A DNA stretch of 64,000 bases from Rhodosorus marinus CCMP1338 (taxonomy: Eukaryota; Plantae; Rhodophyta), in NCBI GenBank assembly GCA_029953675.1, contig JAMWBK010000001.1, positions 2,542,001-2,606,000 of the forward strand. Direction: 5' to 3'. The notes under the pieces are model-generated. The model was not told the DNA's origin. It saw only the letters and a list, made by a program, of their open reading frames with translations, and made no database searches. A program made the translations under genes and the position numbers. Position 1 is the first letter of the stretch, and each line of letters starts with the position of its first letter. Of this stretch, positions 19,686 through 31,110 are shown piece by piece.

Positions 19686-22600
19686 AGCTGAGAGCATGGC
19701 CAGTCTGCCTTGCGCTGAGGGTCGCTCCCACCGGTTCCAGCCATTCATTGTGGAAAGCTTTGGTCACGGCGATAAGTCGGGTTTAGAGTGGTTGCGGAAA
19801 TGTTTTGCTGAGCATCCTACTGAATATTTGGCGCTCTTGAGGCGTTTAAGTGTCTCCCTTTGGCGATATTCCAGCGACATGCTTTCCGAGGCGCGCCATC
19901 GGCGCCTGGGGTTGCATGCTTCCCTCCGTAGTTATTAGCGAGCGAGTTTTGGCACGGCACAAGCAACTCACCGACGCCATTGAGCACCTACCCGACAGCA
20001 TGCTGCAATCGGCTTGCTTGCTTTCCCGCTTTTGTGCCGGTCCCAGACTCAACTACTGGTTGCGCAGCCTGCCTCCAGCTTGGGGCTCGTGGATCGCGGC
20101 TAAAGCCGACGAAATGACCCTGCAACACTGGGGAACGCTCTTGGATGAGCCCCTCGATCTTGAAGCTGCTCCCGACAGGGACTTTATTCGTGCACAGATC
20201 GCTCTACCGTTGCGATTAGGGGGATTCGGCGTCGCAGACCGTGGGCTGGTATGCTCGCCAGCGGCGGTTGCCTCCTGGGCTACCGCGCTGCGAACGTTGG
20301 TGACCTTCCAGATGCGAAGTGCCTGCCTCTTGGCTCGAGCTTTAACCAACGAGGATCCAGTGACCCTGCCGCCCCCGCTTTTGACAATTTATGATGGTCT
20401 TCAACACGCGTTCAGGAGGTGCAACGCCGTGCCGGACGCAAATCGGTCCCGCTTTCGTTCCTGGAGGGAGCTGTTATGGGGACGAGCTGGAAGCGATTGA
20501 GGATTGTCCCCTCGACCGAGTTCTTGCCGATGACGGAGAGGCTAGCCCCGGGTCCCCTGTTGCAGACTACCCGGGTTTGAGCCGATTGTGGAGCTCCCGC
20601 ACTGATGTGATTCAACATAGCCTCACCCGGGGCCAACACAGTGCCGCTCACACAGTCATGCTCAATTCTCCTCTCACGCCGCCTACCACTGCCGCTCGTC
20701 TCCGCGGCATGGGAGGCCACCTCTCGCACTTGTGGTTAACCACTCTACCGTCGTCATTGAGTCATCGTCTCGATGCTTTCCAGTTCCGTTCTGCCGCACG
20801 GATCTATCTCGGTTTGCCACAGGCTCCGTGGCACTCTAATCGGCCGTCTTTCTGTCAGGGATGTGAGAGCCGGATTGACGCTTGTGGCTACCACTTCCTG
20901 GGTTCCTGCGGACTATTGAGAGGTCTCCGTACGAGGCGTCACACTCGCCTCAAGTACATCCTCAGCGAATTTTTGACTCGAATAGGGCATACGGTTGAGG
21001 TTGAGTCGGAACTGCCCAGATCCATCTCGGACTCTGCACCGCCCCGTTGTATAGCCGATCTCCTCGTCTCTGACGCTGCTGCCAGACGCTCAACATATGT
21101 GGACCTTGCGATTACCTGCCCCGTGGCCAGCGCCCACCTCACCGCAGCCGCCCGCCGCCGGGGGGCCGCGGCTTCAGCCCTTCGAAGAGTTAAGGAACGA
21201 CGGTATGCTGAGAGCATGGCCAGTCTGCCTTGCGCTGAGGGTCGCTCTCACCGGTTCCAGCCATTCATTGTGGAAAGCTTTGGTCACGTGGATAAGTCGG
21301 GTTTAGAGTGGTTGCGGAAATGTTTTGCTGAGCATCCTACTGAATATTTGGCGCTCTTGAGGCGTTTAAGTGTCTCCCTTTGGCGATATTCCAGCGACAT
21401 GCTGTCCGAGGCGCGCCATCGGCGCCTGGGGTTGCATACTTCCCTCCCTAGTTATTAGTTCATCTTCACGCCTTGCGTAGCGCTTCAGGCTATGCTAGTA
21501 AAGTCCAGTTATTAGTTCATCTTCACGCCTTGCGTAGCGCTTCAGGCTATGCTAGTAAAGTCTTCAACACGCGTTCAGGAGGTGCAACGCCGTGCCGGAC
21601 GCAAATCGGTCCCGCTTTCGTTCCTGGAGGGAGCTGTTATGGGGACGAGCTGAAGCGATTGAGGATTCTCCCCTCGACCGAGTTCTTGCCGATGACGGAG
21701 AGGCTAGCCCCGGGTCCCCTGTTGCAGACTACCCGGGTTTGAGCCGATTGTGGAGCTCCCGCACTGATGTGATTCAACATAGCCTCACCTGGGGCCAACA
21801 CAGTGCCGCTCACACAGTCATGCTCAATTCTCCTCTCACGCCGCCTACCACTGCCGCTCGTCTCCGCGGCATGGGAGGCCACCTCTCGCACTTGTGGTTA
21901 ACCACTCTGCCGTCGTCATTGAGTCATCGTCTCGATGCTTTCCAGTTCCGTTCTGCCGCACGGATCTATCTCGGTTTGCCACAGGCTCCGTGGCACTCTA
22001 ATCGGCCGTCTTTCTGTCAGGGATGTGAGAGCCGGATTGACGCTTGTGGCTACCACTTCCTGGGTTCCTGCGGACTGTTGCGAGGTCTCCGTACGAGGCG
22101 TCACACTCGCCTCAAGTACATCCTCAGCGAATCTTTGACTCGGATAGGGCATACGGTTGAGGTTGAGTCGGAACTGCCCAGATCCATCTCGGACTCTGCA
22201 CCGCCCCGTTGTATAGCCGATCTCCTCGTCTCCGACGCTGCTGCCAGACGCTCAACATATGTGGACCTTGCGATTACCTGCCCCGTGGCCAGCCCCCACC
22301 TCACCGCAGCCGCCCGCCGCCGGGGGGCCGCGGCTTCAGCCCTTCGAAGAGTTAAGGAACGACGGTATGCTGAGAGCATGGCCAGTCTGCCTTGCGCTGA
22401 GGGTCGCTCTCACCGGTTCCAGCCATTCATTGTGGAAAGCTTTGGTCACGTGGATAAGTCGGGTTTAGAGTGGTTGCGGAAATGTTTTGCTGAGCATCCT
22501 ACTGAATATTTGGCGCTCTTGAGGCGTTTAAGTGTCTCCCTTTGGCGATATTCCAGCGACATGCTTTCCGAGGCGCGCCATCGGCGCCTGAGGTTGCATG

Positions 22601-23035
22601 CTTCCCTCCCTAGTTATTAGTTCATCTTCACGCCTTGCGTAGCGCTTCAGGCTATGCTAGTAAAGTCCAGTAAAGTCCAATAAAGCAGCTGCTTCGGCCA
22701 TTCGCCGCGTGAACGAACGACGGTATGCTGAGAGTATGGCCAGGAGTGGAGTCGGAAATGCGGGTTCGGAGTGGTTGCGGAAATGTTTCACTGAGCACCC
22801 TGTTGAATACTTGGAACTTTTGCGGCGTTTAAGTGTCTCTCTGTGGCGATATTCGAGCAGCATGCTTGCCGAGGCGCGCCATCGGCGCCTGGGTTTGCAC
22901 GCTTCCCTACCTAGTTCTTAGTTGCCTTTCACGGTTTGCGTAGCGCTTTAGGCTATATATTATCCGAAGAAAGCCAATAAAGCCAATAAAAGCCAAATAA
23001 ACCAAATAAAGCCAGTATAGCGCTTCAGGCTATGC
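19686..23035 (+). mobile_element. Head-to-tail array of 5'-truncated family B copies (approx. 19686-19937, 19938-21508, 21509-21562, 21563-22683, 22684-23015, 23016-23035)
   Basis: Repeated RLE C-termini (SLPSY*/SLPSS*), stem-loops and AGTAAAGTCC/AATAAAGCC tails. Each is followed directly by the next truncated copy. Confidence 0.92.
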
Positions 23036-24904
23036 CGTATAGGACAGATTTAGACCAGGATTTGTTGATCTGGTCCAGCCGAGATTGAACTAAGAAGGAC
23101 TATAGAAGAGTTGAGCCAATAAACCATACATAGGCTTCAGAACAACATTTGCGTGAAGCTGCAGAGGAAAAATTAGATACGCGAAGGTCGCTTGTAATCT
23201 GCTCACAAGTTTTATCATCTTTTTAGTTACCTTCTTGAATGAACTTTGTTTAAGGTGACCTTTTAAATTTCCTGCTGTGGCGGATGAACGCTGCTTGTGT
23301 GTGAAGGAACGCGATCTTCAAAACGCGCATCCTTTTCATTCCCTTAGGGCTTTCCGCTTGCAGTCTCCGCTTGAGCAGGCTCATTAAGTGATTGAATTTG
23401 TTACATTGGAGCATTAAGTACCCCAATAAATTCAAGTGAATGAATTTATTTAATTAAATAATCGGTTACCTCCGGATGAATCGCAGTGAACGCGACTCCA
23501 TATCCCCTCCCACTCGACAAAACAACACAAATCGTTTTCTAAAATTGATTGCTTCGTATCTATTTGTTCACAACTCTATCATCTTTTTAGCCAAGTGGCT
23601 AAAAAGATGAGCCAGCGCAAGATAAGCAACTTGCGCTGGCTCTGGATGCATGAAAGTGAAAACTACGCCCCACCTCCCTACGTACACTGCTGTCTAGAAA
23701 CAGTGGAGAAAAACAAATCAATTTGTTCCCAGTGCACTCCCCAAGGCGCCCCACCGTCGTCTGCGCTTCATGATTTTCTCCCTAGTTTCTGTTGGAAATA
23801 CAAGGCCTATGAGTCTTGTCTTTATCTGTTACTCACCCCTCTAATGGTACTAAACGCACTTTGCCGACCTCTGGGGTAAGCAACATAATACTCCTACAGC
23901 CTCTGAGATCTTGGGACTTTCGGCAAACGTCCATGCAGATGCAAGCGTACAAAAACCCTAATCCTACTCACGCTTGATCCTTATTGCTCTAATAGCTGAC
24001 AAACGAAGAATCAAATCTAGTGCCTACAAGTCCTCTATGTTAGTAGCCGACTCTGTCCAACAGTGCTACCACCTCAGTTCCCCTTCTGCAAGCTCGATTA
24101 ATATCGGAAACATCATAGGTTACTCCCGCCGTGGATTGGCCTATGGTTGTACTGGAACTGGACTTCTACAAGAAACGCTTATGGCTGCAAATCATTCACG
24201 TACCAGCAGAGCATTCGACAGTAGCCGGATATAAGTAATCTTTTGACAGTTTCTAGTGTAGCGCATCTAGTAAAGTCCAGTGTAGCGCATCAGGCTATAC
24301 CTTATAAGACAGACTTAGACCAGGATTCGTTGATCGGGTGAATAAATCATACACAGACGTCATAACAACATTTGGAGCTTCGAGGAAAAATTAGATACGT
24401 GCTAGATCGCTATGCCAATAAATCCTGCTAGTAAAGCCCAATAAAGCCAGATCACTTGTAATCTGCTAACAATTTCTATCATCTTTTTCGTCGTGGTTTA
24501 ACCGTTTTCGTTAGCTTGTTGAGTGATTTTTGCTTAATTTGACCTTTTAAGTTTCCTGCTGTGGCGGATGAACGCTGCCTTGGTGTTGAAGGCCCGATAT
24601 CTTCGCCGCGCGCATTCTTTTCACTCCCTTTGAGATTTTTTCTTTCATCTCCATCTCCGCTTAAGCAAGTTTCAATAAGCCCAAAGCCCAGTTCATTAAG
24701 TAAGCCGTTTCCTCTGGATGAATGGCAGTGAACACTATGCCACATCCCCTCCCACCCGAAAAAAAAAAACACAAATAGTTTTCTAAAATTGATTGCTAAG
24801 CATCTAATTGTTCACAGCACTATCATCTTTTTAGCCACTTATCTCGAGCCGGCTCTGGATGTATAGAAGTGAAAACTACGCCCCACCCCCCAAACGTACA
24901 CTGC
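23016..24904. repeat. Diverged direct repeat of ~650 bp (23016-23690 and 24281-24904), each starting with a family B stem-loop and containing a family A-like 3' remnant
   Basis: Shared blocks: TTAGACCAGGATT, GGAAAAATTAGATACG, TTTCCTGCTGTGGCGGATGAACGCTGC (compare element A 12169-12195), TTTTCTAAAATTGATTGCT, GTGAAAACTACGCCCCACC. Confidence 0.8.
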
Positions 24905-25717
24905 GGTCTCAAAAAAATTCCACCTCCTGGTTCGAGGAAATTTTTATACACTATCGAGTGTGGGAAAATGGGAGACGTTGCTCACCTATATTCCTCGACC
25001 CGGGGTGGGCAATTCGTTTCCTGCACAACGCTAGGGAATAAGTTCATTCAGTACAAGACAGACTTACACAGGGATCTGGTGGAGTGTCGCGACGGGGTCA
25101 GGCCAGGGTAAGTCTCTAGAGGATTTTAAGTAAAGTGGTGATTGACCAAGCACGCAGGCGTCATCATCATCATTTCATTAAGCTTGGAAGCTGATACGCT
25201 CGATAGTTCCGGATATGCAATTCATTTTGGTGGCATTTCGGGATCGGGTAGCCATTGACAAACCTAAGGGACATTTCCTTCGTGAGCGGTGACCCATTGT
25301 ACGCTAGTCTGGGGTTCCTAGCTGTCAGAGAACTGATTGAAGAAGCTCGTTACGGCCCTTACGTACCCTCCCTGTAGTATTCAGCAAATGAGTCACCTTT
25401 GCGAAGTTGAAAGCTCAAGCTCGGAGGATAAGCAGACTTGAACTTGGGAAACTTTTAGCCTTTTTCGGGGGTTTTAGAGCGTTTGGAAGTTCTTGACAGT
25501 TTATCGATGTGCTTTACAGATTATCACCCGGCTCAGTATGCGAGCAAAAGAGAAGTCCTCAAGTTCCTCCGCTAATATTTAAACAAGGCAGGGCACAGCG
25601 AATCTCAGGAGTGTCGCTTTGGGTTGCTCTTCGGCAAACGCAGGAAGACATCTAGCTGCGGTGAGGAGCAGGCGCTCTTTTATTGCATTTGAAGTACGTC
25701 GAAGTTCTTAAAGCGAT

Positions 25718-27544
25718 ATGTGTGCTGCTCCAAACAGCGAAGACGAGCTCTGGGAGGCGCGCTTGCGCCTTGCTAAGATTGCAGCAGATGTTTATTATAA
25801 TAACGATAATCCAAGAACCACGACGCAGGAACACGCGTTGCTACACCGCGTGTACACAGAGATCTATGAATTAGCCATACGAAAACTTAACAATGGTCGT
25901 GGGAATGAAGCGCTAAGTGATAACGTTCAGAGATTATACCTCGAGCTCTTGTGTACATACAATAAGGAATACAGCTTTAACCCCAATGGTGATGAAATTG
26001 AAGATGCCGAAAGGGACTACCAAGGGCTTATGCTAAATGAAAACCAGAGGAAGGCAATTCATCTACTGGCGGTCAACTTGAGCTTTAGCGCCGATCGCTT
26101 CAAGCATCTGGAGAACCCCTTTCCTCCCGAAGGTTTACCTCTTGGAACATATGAAACGATAAAGCTTGTGATTCTTTACCCGATCACAAGAAAAGGACAT
26201 TGGATCGACGACCACGGCGTAGGAGCTCGGGATATGATACCAAACCGCGACAAATGGAAAAAAGTTGCTTCTTATGCGACGAGTGAGTTGAAGGCGAACG
26301 TGAGTGGTCCGGATGGTATCGCAGATTCTATGCTCAAGTCGCTTCAAGACGAGAATGAGCGGCACTTACCTGCACCCGGTCGTATACAGGGTCTTGAAAA
26401 CCTGGCTCAAGAACTGCTCGGAACGTACAAGATGGAAATAACAAAATTTTCGGATGAAGCGAGGAGTACTTTGGAAAAGCAAATAACTGACTTTCTGATT
26501 CTTTTGACAAAGTTGAAGGAAGATCAACGAATGAACGAAGATGGTCCAAAGAGTGTTCTAGAGAAGGTGTTGCCCAGCTTCTACGGTGTAAGCGTAGATA
26601 GCAAGTTGAAGATACAATCTGTTACCACTCACAACTTCGGTACGAGCGTGGGATACCCGGAAGCATTGTTGGCTGCCAAAAATGATAGAGGTTTGGTGAT
26701 CTATAACGACGGTGAGATTTACTGGACCGATAACTTATTAAGACCCATAAAAGGGAAATCTACGAACGAAGCGGAAGGTCAGGAAAAAAAAAAAACTTGG
26801 ATGCAGCGGCTGAAGGAATCTGCACTCCGCTTGCTCGGTCAAAAGACCGAGATTGAAATACCTACTTCCGAAGAGCAAAGTGCGATACATGATCCTGACT
26901 TCACAATTGATGGCGGCACGGTTAAGGAGCAGAAGGGCCAGTTGTACATGGTGGTTCCCTGTGATTGGAAGCGCATCCTTGTCGTGGTTTACGTAATAGC
27001 TTCGTTCGTTCTTTCTATACTCGCCGCTGCACTTAACTGGGGGGAAAGATCTAACGCATTCGAGAAGTTACTGGATTTCTTTGCTCTCTTGGCTGCAATG
27101 AACATACTTATGTGGATCCCGTTCAAATTCTATTATGGTATGAGCGAAATGGCCAGGTACATCTTTCTAGGTGAACTGCTGACTACGTCCTGGGAGGTGT
27201 ACGAGGCATGGTACGCAATGCACCAAGGCGGAAATGCGTACAGAGCTCTTGCCGCTGGCACGAATTTCACAACGATTAGTCAGAAAAACTCTGCCTTTGT
27301 TGATAGATCCAGATTTGGAAGCATCAATATAACTTCAGCGAGGGGAAGAGACTTGAGAAATATTCTCTACGTAGGGAGCACCACTGCAATCAACGTCAGG
27401 AATAAGAAGGTGTTCAACGTGACCATGACCGAGGAGACAGTTTACTTGTCCCCTAGCTCGGCCAAGACAGTCATCGTGTGTCCAGAAGATGTGGATGATA
27501 AGATAATAGCCAGTGCGTTTGTGGGAGGTACAGTTGATTGTTGA
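25718..27544 (+). CDS. Intronless 608-aa protein of unknown function with two adjacent predicted transmembrane helices in the C-terminal third
   Basis: Long uninterrupted ORF starting with ATG. Hydrophobic segments ILVVVYVIASFVLSILAAAL and LLDFFALLAAMNILMWIPF. No family confidently recognised. Confidence 0.75.
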   Translation: MCAAPNSEDELWEARLRLAKIAADVYYNNDNPRTTTQEHALLHRVYTEIYELAIRKLNNGRGNEALSDNVQRLYLELLCTYNKEYSFNPNGDEIEDAERDYQGLMLNENQRKAIHLLAVNLSFSADRFKHLENPFPPEGLPLGTYETIKLVILYPITRKGHWIDDHGVGARDMIPNRDKWKKVASYATSELKANVSGPDGIADSMLKSLQDENERHLPAPGRIQGLENLAQELLGTYKMEITKFSDEARSTLEKQITDFLILLTKLKEDQRMNEDGPKSVLEKVLPSFYGVSVDSKLKIQSVTTHNFGTSVGYPEALLAAKNDRGLVIYNDGEIYWTDNLLRPIKGKSTNEAEGQEKKKTWMQRLKESALRLLGQKTEIEIPTSEEQSAIHDPDFTIDGGTVKEQKGQLYMVVPCDWKRILVVVYVIASFVLSILAAALNWGERSNAFEKLLDFFALLAAMNILMWIPFKFYYGMSEMARYIFLGELLTTSWEVYEAWYAMHQGGNAYRALAAGTNFTTISQKNSAFVDRSRFGSINITSARGRDLRNILYVGSTTAINVRNKKVFNVTMTEETVYLSPSSAKTVIVCPEDVDDKIIASAFVGGTVDC

Positions 27545-27880
27545 AATTGAAGGTCGAAATGCGCGGGAACAGGTTTCCCTTAAAACCCGCACGAAGGAGA
27601 ACTAAGGAGACTCAATCGACGTCAAGGCTTCTTGAAATTTTCCCGTTACCCGCTAAAACCCCGCGACAGTCATTAAAGTTTCACTGCTCACCATGCGAAG
27701 TGTTCAACGGACGCACTGCAATCGCCTATTGCCCGCTTTTATATCTTTATTAGAGTGCCCGCTCATTTTTCCCTTGGTCCCCCCTTAAACTGGTAGCAGA
27801 TTACCACTGATCTGCACCTATCGAATGCTCCCCTTAAGCTACCTCCACGGATACGCGAACTGATGATGATATGCGTTCTG

Positions 27881-27918
27881 TGTTCAAGGGGACTGGTTTA
27901 TACCAGTCCCCTTGAACA
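27881..27918. other. Perfect 17-bp hairpin with 4-nt loop
   Basis: TGTTCAAGGGGACTGGT-TTAT-ACCAGTCCCCTTGAACA. Confidence 0.92.
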
Positions 27919-28849
27919 TAAGTCCAGGTCTGGGACACCCGTAGATCAATCGGAAAGTGCATCCCCAATCAAAATCCGTATATTGACTGAACCTAGGTGA
28001 GTGGGCGTTTTTAGTTTGGCAGTCGGACTTGCTCGCCAGTAGTGATTCGTTTTTTGTCAGTTACCAGAGTATTTGCGTTCAAACTTCTGTAGGGTCTTTA
28101 CACGCTTGCATCTGCCTGAACGTTTTCACGAAGCCCAGGGATCTCAGAGACTGGAATTGCATATACAGTGATCCTAGAAGCCATCCAGTGTGGTTGGGTT
28201 TGGAATAAAAGGTTAAGCAAGCGGATCTACGCCGTAAAACGCAGTGATTCATCATGCACACAGAAGAACCATTAAATCGAGAGTGACAGTCTGTCACACT
28301 CGGAAATAATCACTATTCAATGCCAGAGCCAGAATTCCAACAATCTATCCATATCCACTCTGATATTGTTAACATGAATTCCCTTGTTTTCGCGGGTTTA
28401 CCCACTGCTGGGTCGTATTTTCAATAATTTAGGTTGCCATGTTGAATGAATTTGTTGTACGCTTGCTTTTTCCGCTCGGAAACTCTGTTCATCTTTAGTT
28501 CAAACTAAGCCAAACAACCAAGCCTGCTAGCCAGGGTCTTATAGCTGTTTGTTCCTACTTGTGGAAGCACATTCGAGAGGTCATAATGTGGAGAATACGA
28601 CTATTTACTACTTCTTTGGCTTCTTTCTTGACCTGCTCAAGCGTTCGAGGCTCTTTTCTTAACCATGTCGATCGTTCACAACTCCTCTTGTTCCCTTCGG
28701 ATCGTCCATTACTTCTTTTGGTCCCTTCAAGAGCAGCTGTGCCACGTTTCTTACCTAGGAACCCCTATGAACGTTCTTTCCTCGCGTCATCCCGGTGGGA
28801 AGGTACCTTCCCAGTTTGCGGACTCGCAACAAAATTATTTTTAATTCCA

Positions 28850-29045
28850 ATTAAACCAGTTGGAGGCTGAAAGGAAAAACGAGGGCCACGATAGATTACG
28901 AACGGTAAACGTCGAGAGCGCCTCCAACATCAAAGCATTCATACACCACAGCAGGAAAATTAAAATCGTAAACAACGAGGAGAGACGGTCGGAGCGTTCG
29001 CGGAACACCTCCCGAAGCCAACGAGAACCAACGTAATCCATAACG
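28850..29045 (-). mobile_element. Diverged 3' end of a family A element
   Basis: ORF 28841-29041(-) MDYVGSRWLREVFRERSDRLSSLFTILIFLLWCMNALMLEA matches the ORF2 C-terminus. The 3' UTR block TTTCAGCCTCC is retained. Confidence 0.85.
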
Positions 29046-29133
29046 CCTACCGCTTAACGGGAAGGCCCCGACGAACAGTCCGAACCAATCCGGTTAATTA
29101 TATTTTTGATTAAAAGACCAATCTATTGACGTT

Positions 29134-29215
29134 GTACTCTTGGCCGAGTGGTTAAGGCGCTAGCCTGCTAAGTTAGTGGGTTCATCCCGCGTGAGTTCGA
29201 ATCTCACAGAGTACG
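29134..29215 (+). tRNA. trnS-GCT: tRNA-Ser(GCT), 82 nt, long variable arm, no intron
   Basis: Acceptor stem GTACTCT/AGAGTAC with discriminator G. A-box TGGCCGAGTGG. Anticodon stem CTAGC/GTTAG with loop CTGCTAA. T-loop GTTCGAATC. Downstream T5 Pol III terminator. Confidence 0.96.
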
Positions 29216-30469
29216 ATTCAGCTTTTCTCTGCTTTTCGATTGGAAACCAGGAGGGGTTGGCTATCCGAACTTTTTTCAGATGCGATGGTCGGAAAATGTA
29301 CCCCGCTTCCTTTTTTTTAATGTGCCAAGTTTGCGGGAGGGTAAGATTTTTGTTTCTTGTCCTGTCGAAGACAGCCTGTTTTCGAAGCCCCAGATGGTCC
29401 GCTCGAGAGCTAGGATGCCGAAATTTGGGGTGTTTTAGTTGGTGGTCCGCTCAGAGGAAATCTTCAATACCCCAACAAACTACATTAGAAAGTACAGTGA
29501 CCAATAGAAGAGGCTGAAAATGTTGATTCACCATTCATATTCCTTAAGAGCATGAAGTCACTATTATTGGTTTATAAATTATAAATATTTAATGAATTGG
29601 TATAAATTACGGTTGCGTATTGAAACAGACAAGCGAGACACAGGGTATGGGTAGAGTAGTTACATGAGCTCGACTCGGTCTTGGGAGAACTCCTCAGTTT
29701 GCAGATGATTAAATGAATACTGGACACGACTAGCTAGGAGCACGAGTTCTCAGACCTATCTTTCCACGTCCGGGGCTTCAACCTTCCGAACCGGTTCTGT
29801 AAGGCCCTAGTTCTTGCAAGATTAGCGGCGAGCTGTTCTGCTTGCTTTGCTTTCTTCATAGAGTACAAAAGTCAGCTATGTCCGCTCCGTCGGGCTTTAC
29901 GTTTTTCGAAGCGGTGCTTGAACCGACGGAATCTCGCGGTGAGCGGATCTTCTGCTGGCTGTGGAAACGTTAATCCGATCATCTACCTATCGCTTTTCTG
30001 CAGGTGCCTCGTGAGGCGTTCCCTTTTGTTGCCAACCAGTAGGTCGCAACGCTTACAGATCAGCTTAGTTTTGACCTCGATCGTACCACCGTTTTCGCTG
30101 CGTTGGCAACTGGAAGCTGCAGCGTAGCGCATACTCCTTTCTCCGTACCATCAGTATCGTAATAGTTCTGCACCATGGGACGATTTATCATCCACCTCAC
30201 AAACAAATGTATTCACTTTGAACGGAGCAGGCAGTCCAGGCTTTCTGACCTCGTGCATGCTAGCAGAATATGCCAACCCATAGCTATCCGTCCGCGTTCC
30301 CATTTGCGAAGATTCCATTAATTCCCCCTACGCCAGATATATTGAGACACGCAATATGAATACATGTGAGCTGTATGACCAATAGGAGAGGCTTCGGGTT
30401 AACATCCACCATTCATAATCCCTTAAGAAAACCAAATTTTTGGTAACCATCGCTCTCAATTGATCTTTG

Positions 30470-31110
30470 GGCCGTCCGAGATGGGTTCGCCGTGCCCTGT
30501 ATGCGCTCAGAACGAAGACACCGCGGTTTTTAGCGCACACGTGGTTGGCAACTGCCCCCTTGTGAAAAGGGGCGCCCTAAACCACCAACATACGCGGATC
30601 TTGAACCTGTTATACCGCGAACTTCGGCCTATAGTACGGCAAGTCGGTCTTGAAGTTGAACGTGAGAAGCCCGTGCCTGTCGCAGACTACCAAAATGATG
30701 AAGAACACAGTGGCTGACCTGTGACGACAGCCGCCGTACGACGTACGTTGATCTTGCTAGTCCTAATCCTCAGGCTAGTCGTCATTTGCCGGCTGCGGGA
30801 GAGCGCCGTGGATTTGCCGCTGCCAGTATGAGACAAAGAGTTGAATTATGCGAGGGCTTTGTACTTTGTCTTTCCCAGGCACTCGTGCTTTGGTTCTAGC
30901 TCATCGCCCGGTACGTCTGGTCATTGAGTGCGTTGCGTTTATGGATTCCGTTGGTTCTCGTTGGCGGCGGGAAAAGTTCCGCGAGCGCCCTGACCATCTG
31001 TCCTCGTTCTTTACCCGTTTAAGTTTCTTGCTGTGGCGTATGAACGCTGCTTTGTTGTTAGAGGTGCGCGATCTTTGCCGCGTATAGTCCTTTTTTCCCC
31101 TCGGGGTGTT
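30470..31110 (+). mobile_element. Decayed 3' portion of a family A element
   Basis: CPVCAQNED..AHVVGNC..HTRILNLLYRELRPIVRQ and MDSVGSRW..RLSFLLWRMNAALLLE are closely similar to ORF2 11620-12232. Frameshifted; the same 3' UTR TTTTTTCCCCTCGGGG. Confidence 0.9.

Noticed and set aside
1-23035. CRISPR-like or satellite interpretation of the recurring repeats
   Set aside because: The repeats are retroelement 3' ends of variable length with coding remnants. There is no constant repeat with unique spacers and no cas genes, and the DNA is eukaryotic.
27881-27945. Helitron 3' end
   Set aside because: No CTRR terminus at the expected short distance after the hairpin and no Rep/helicase remnant seen.
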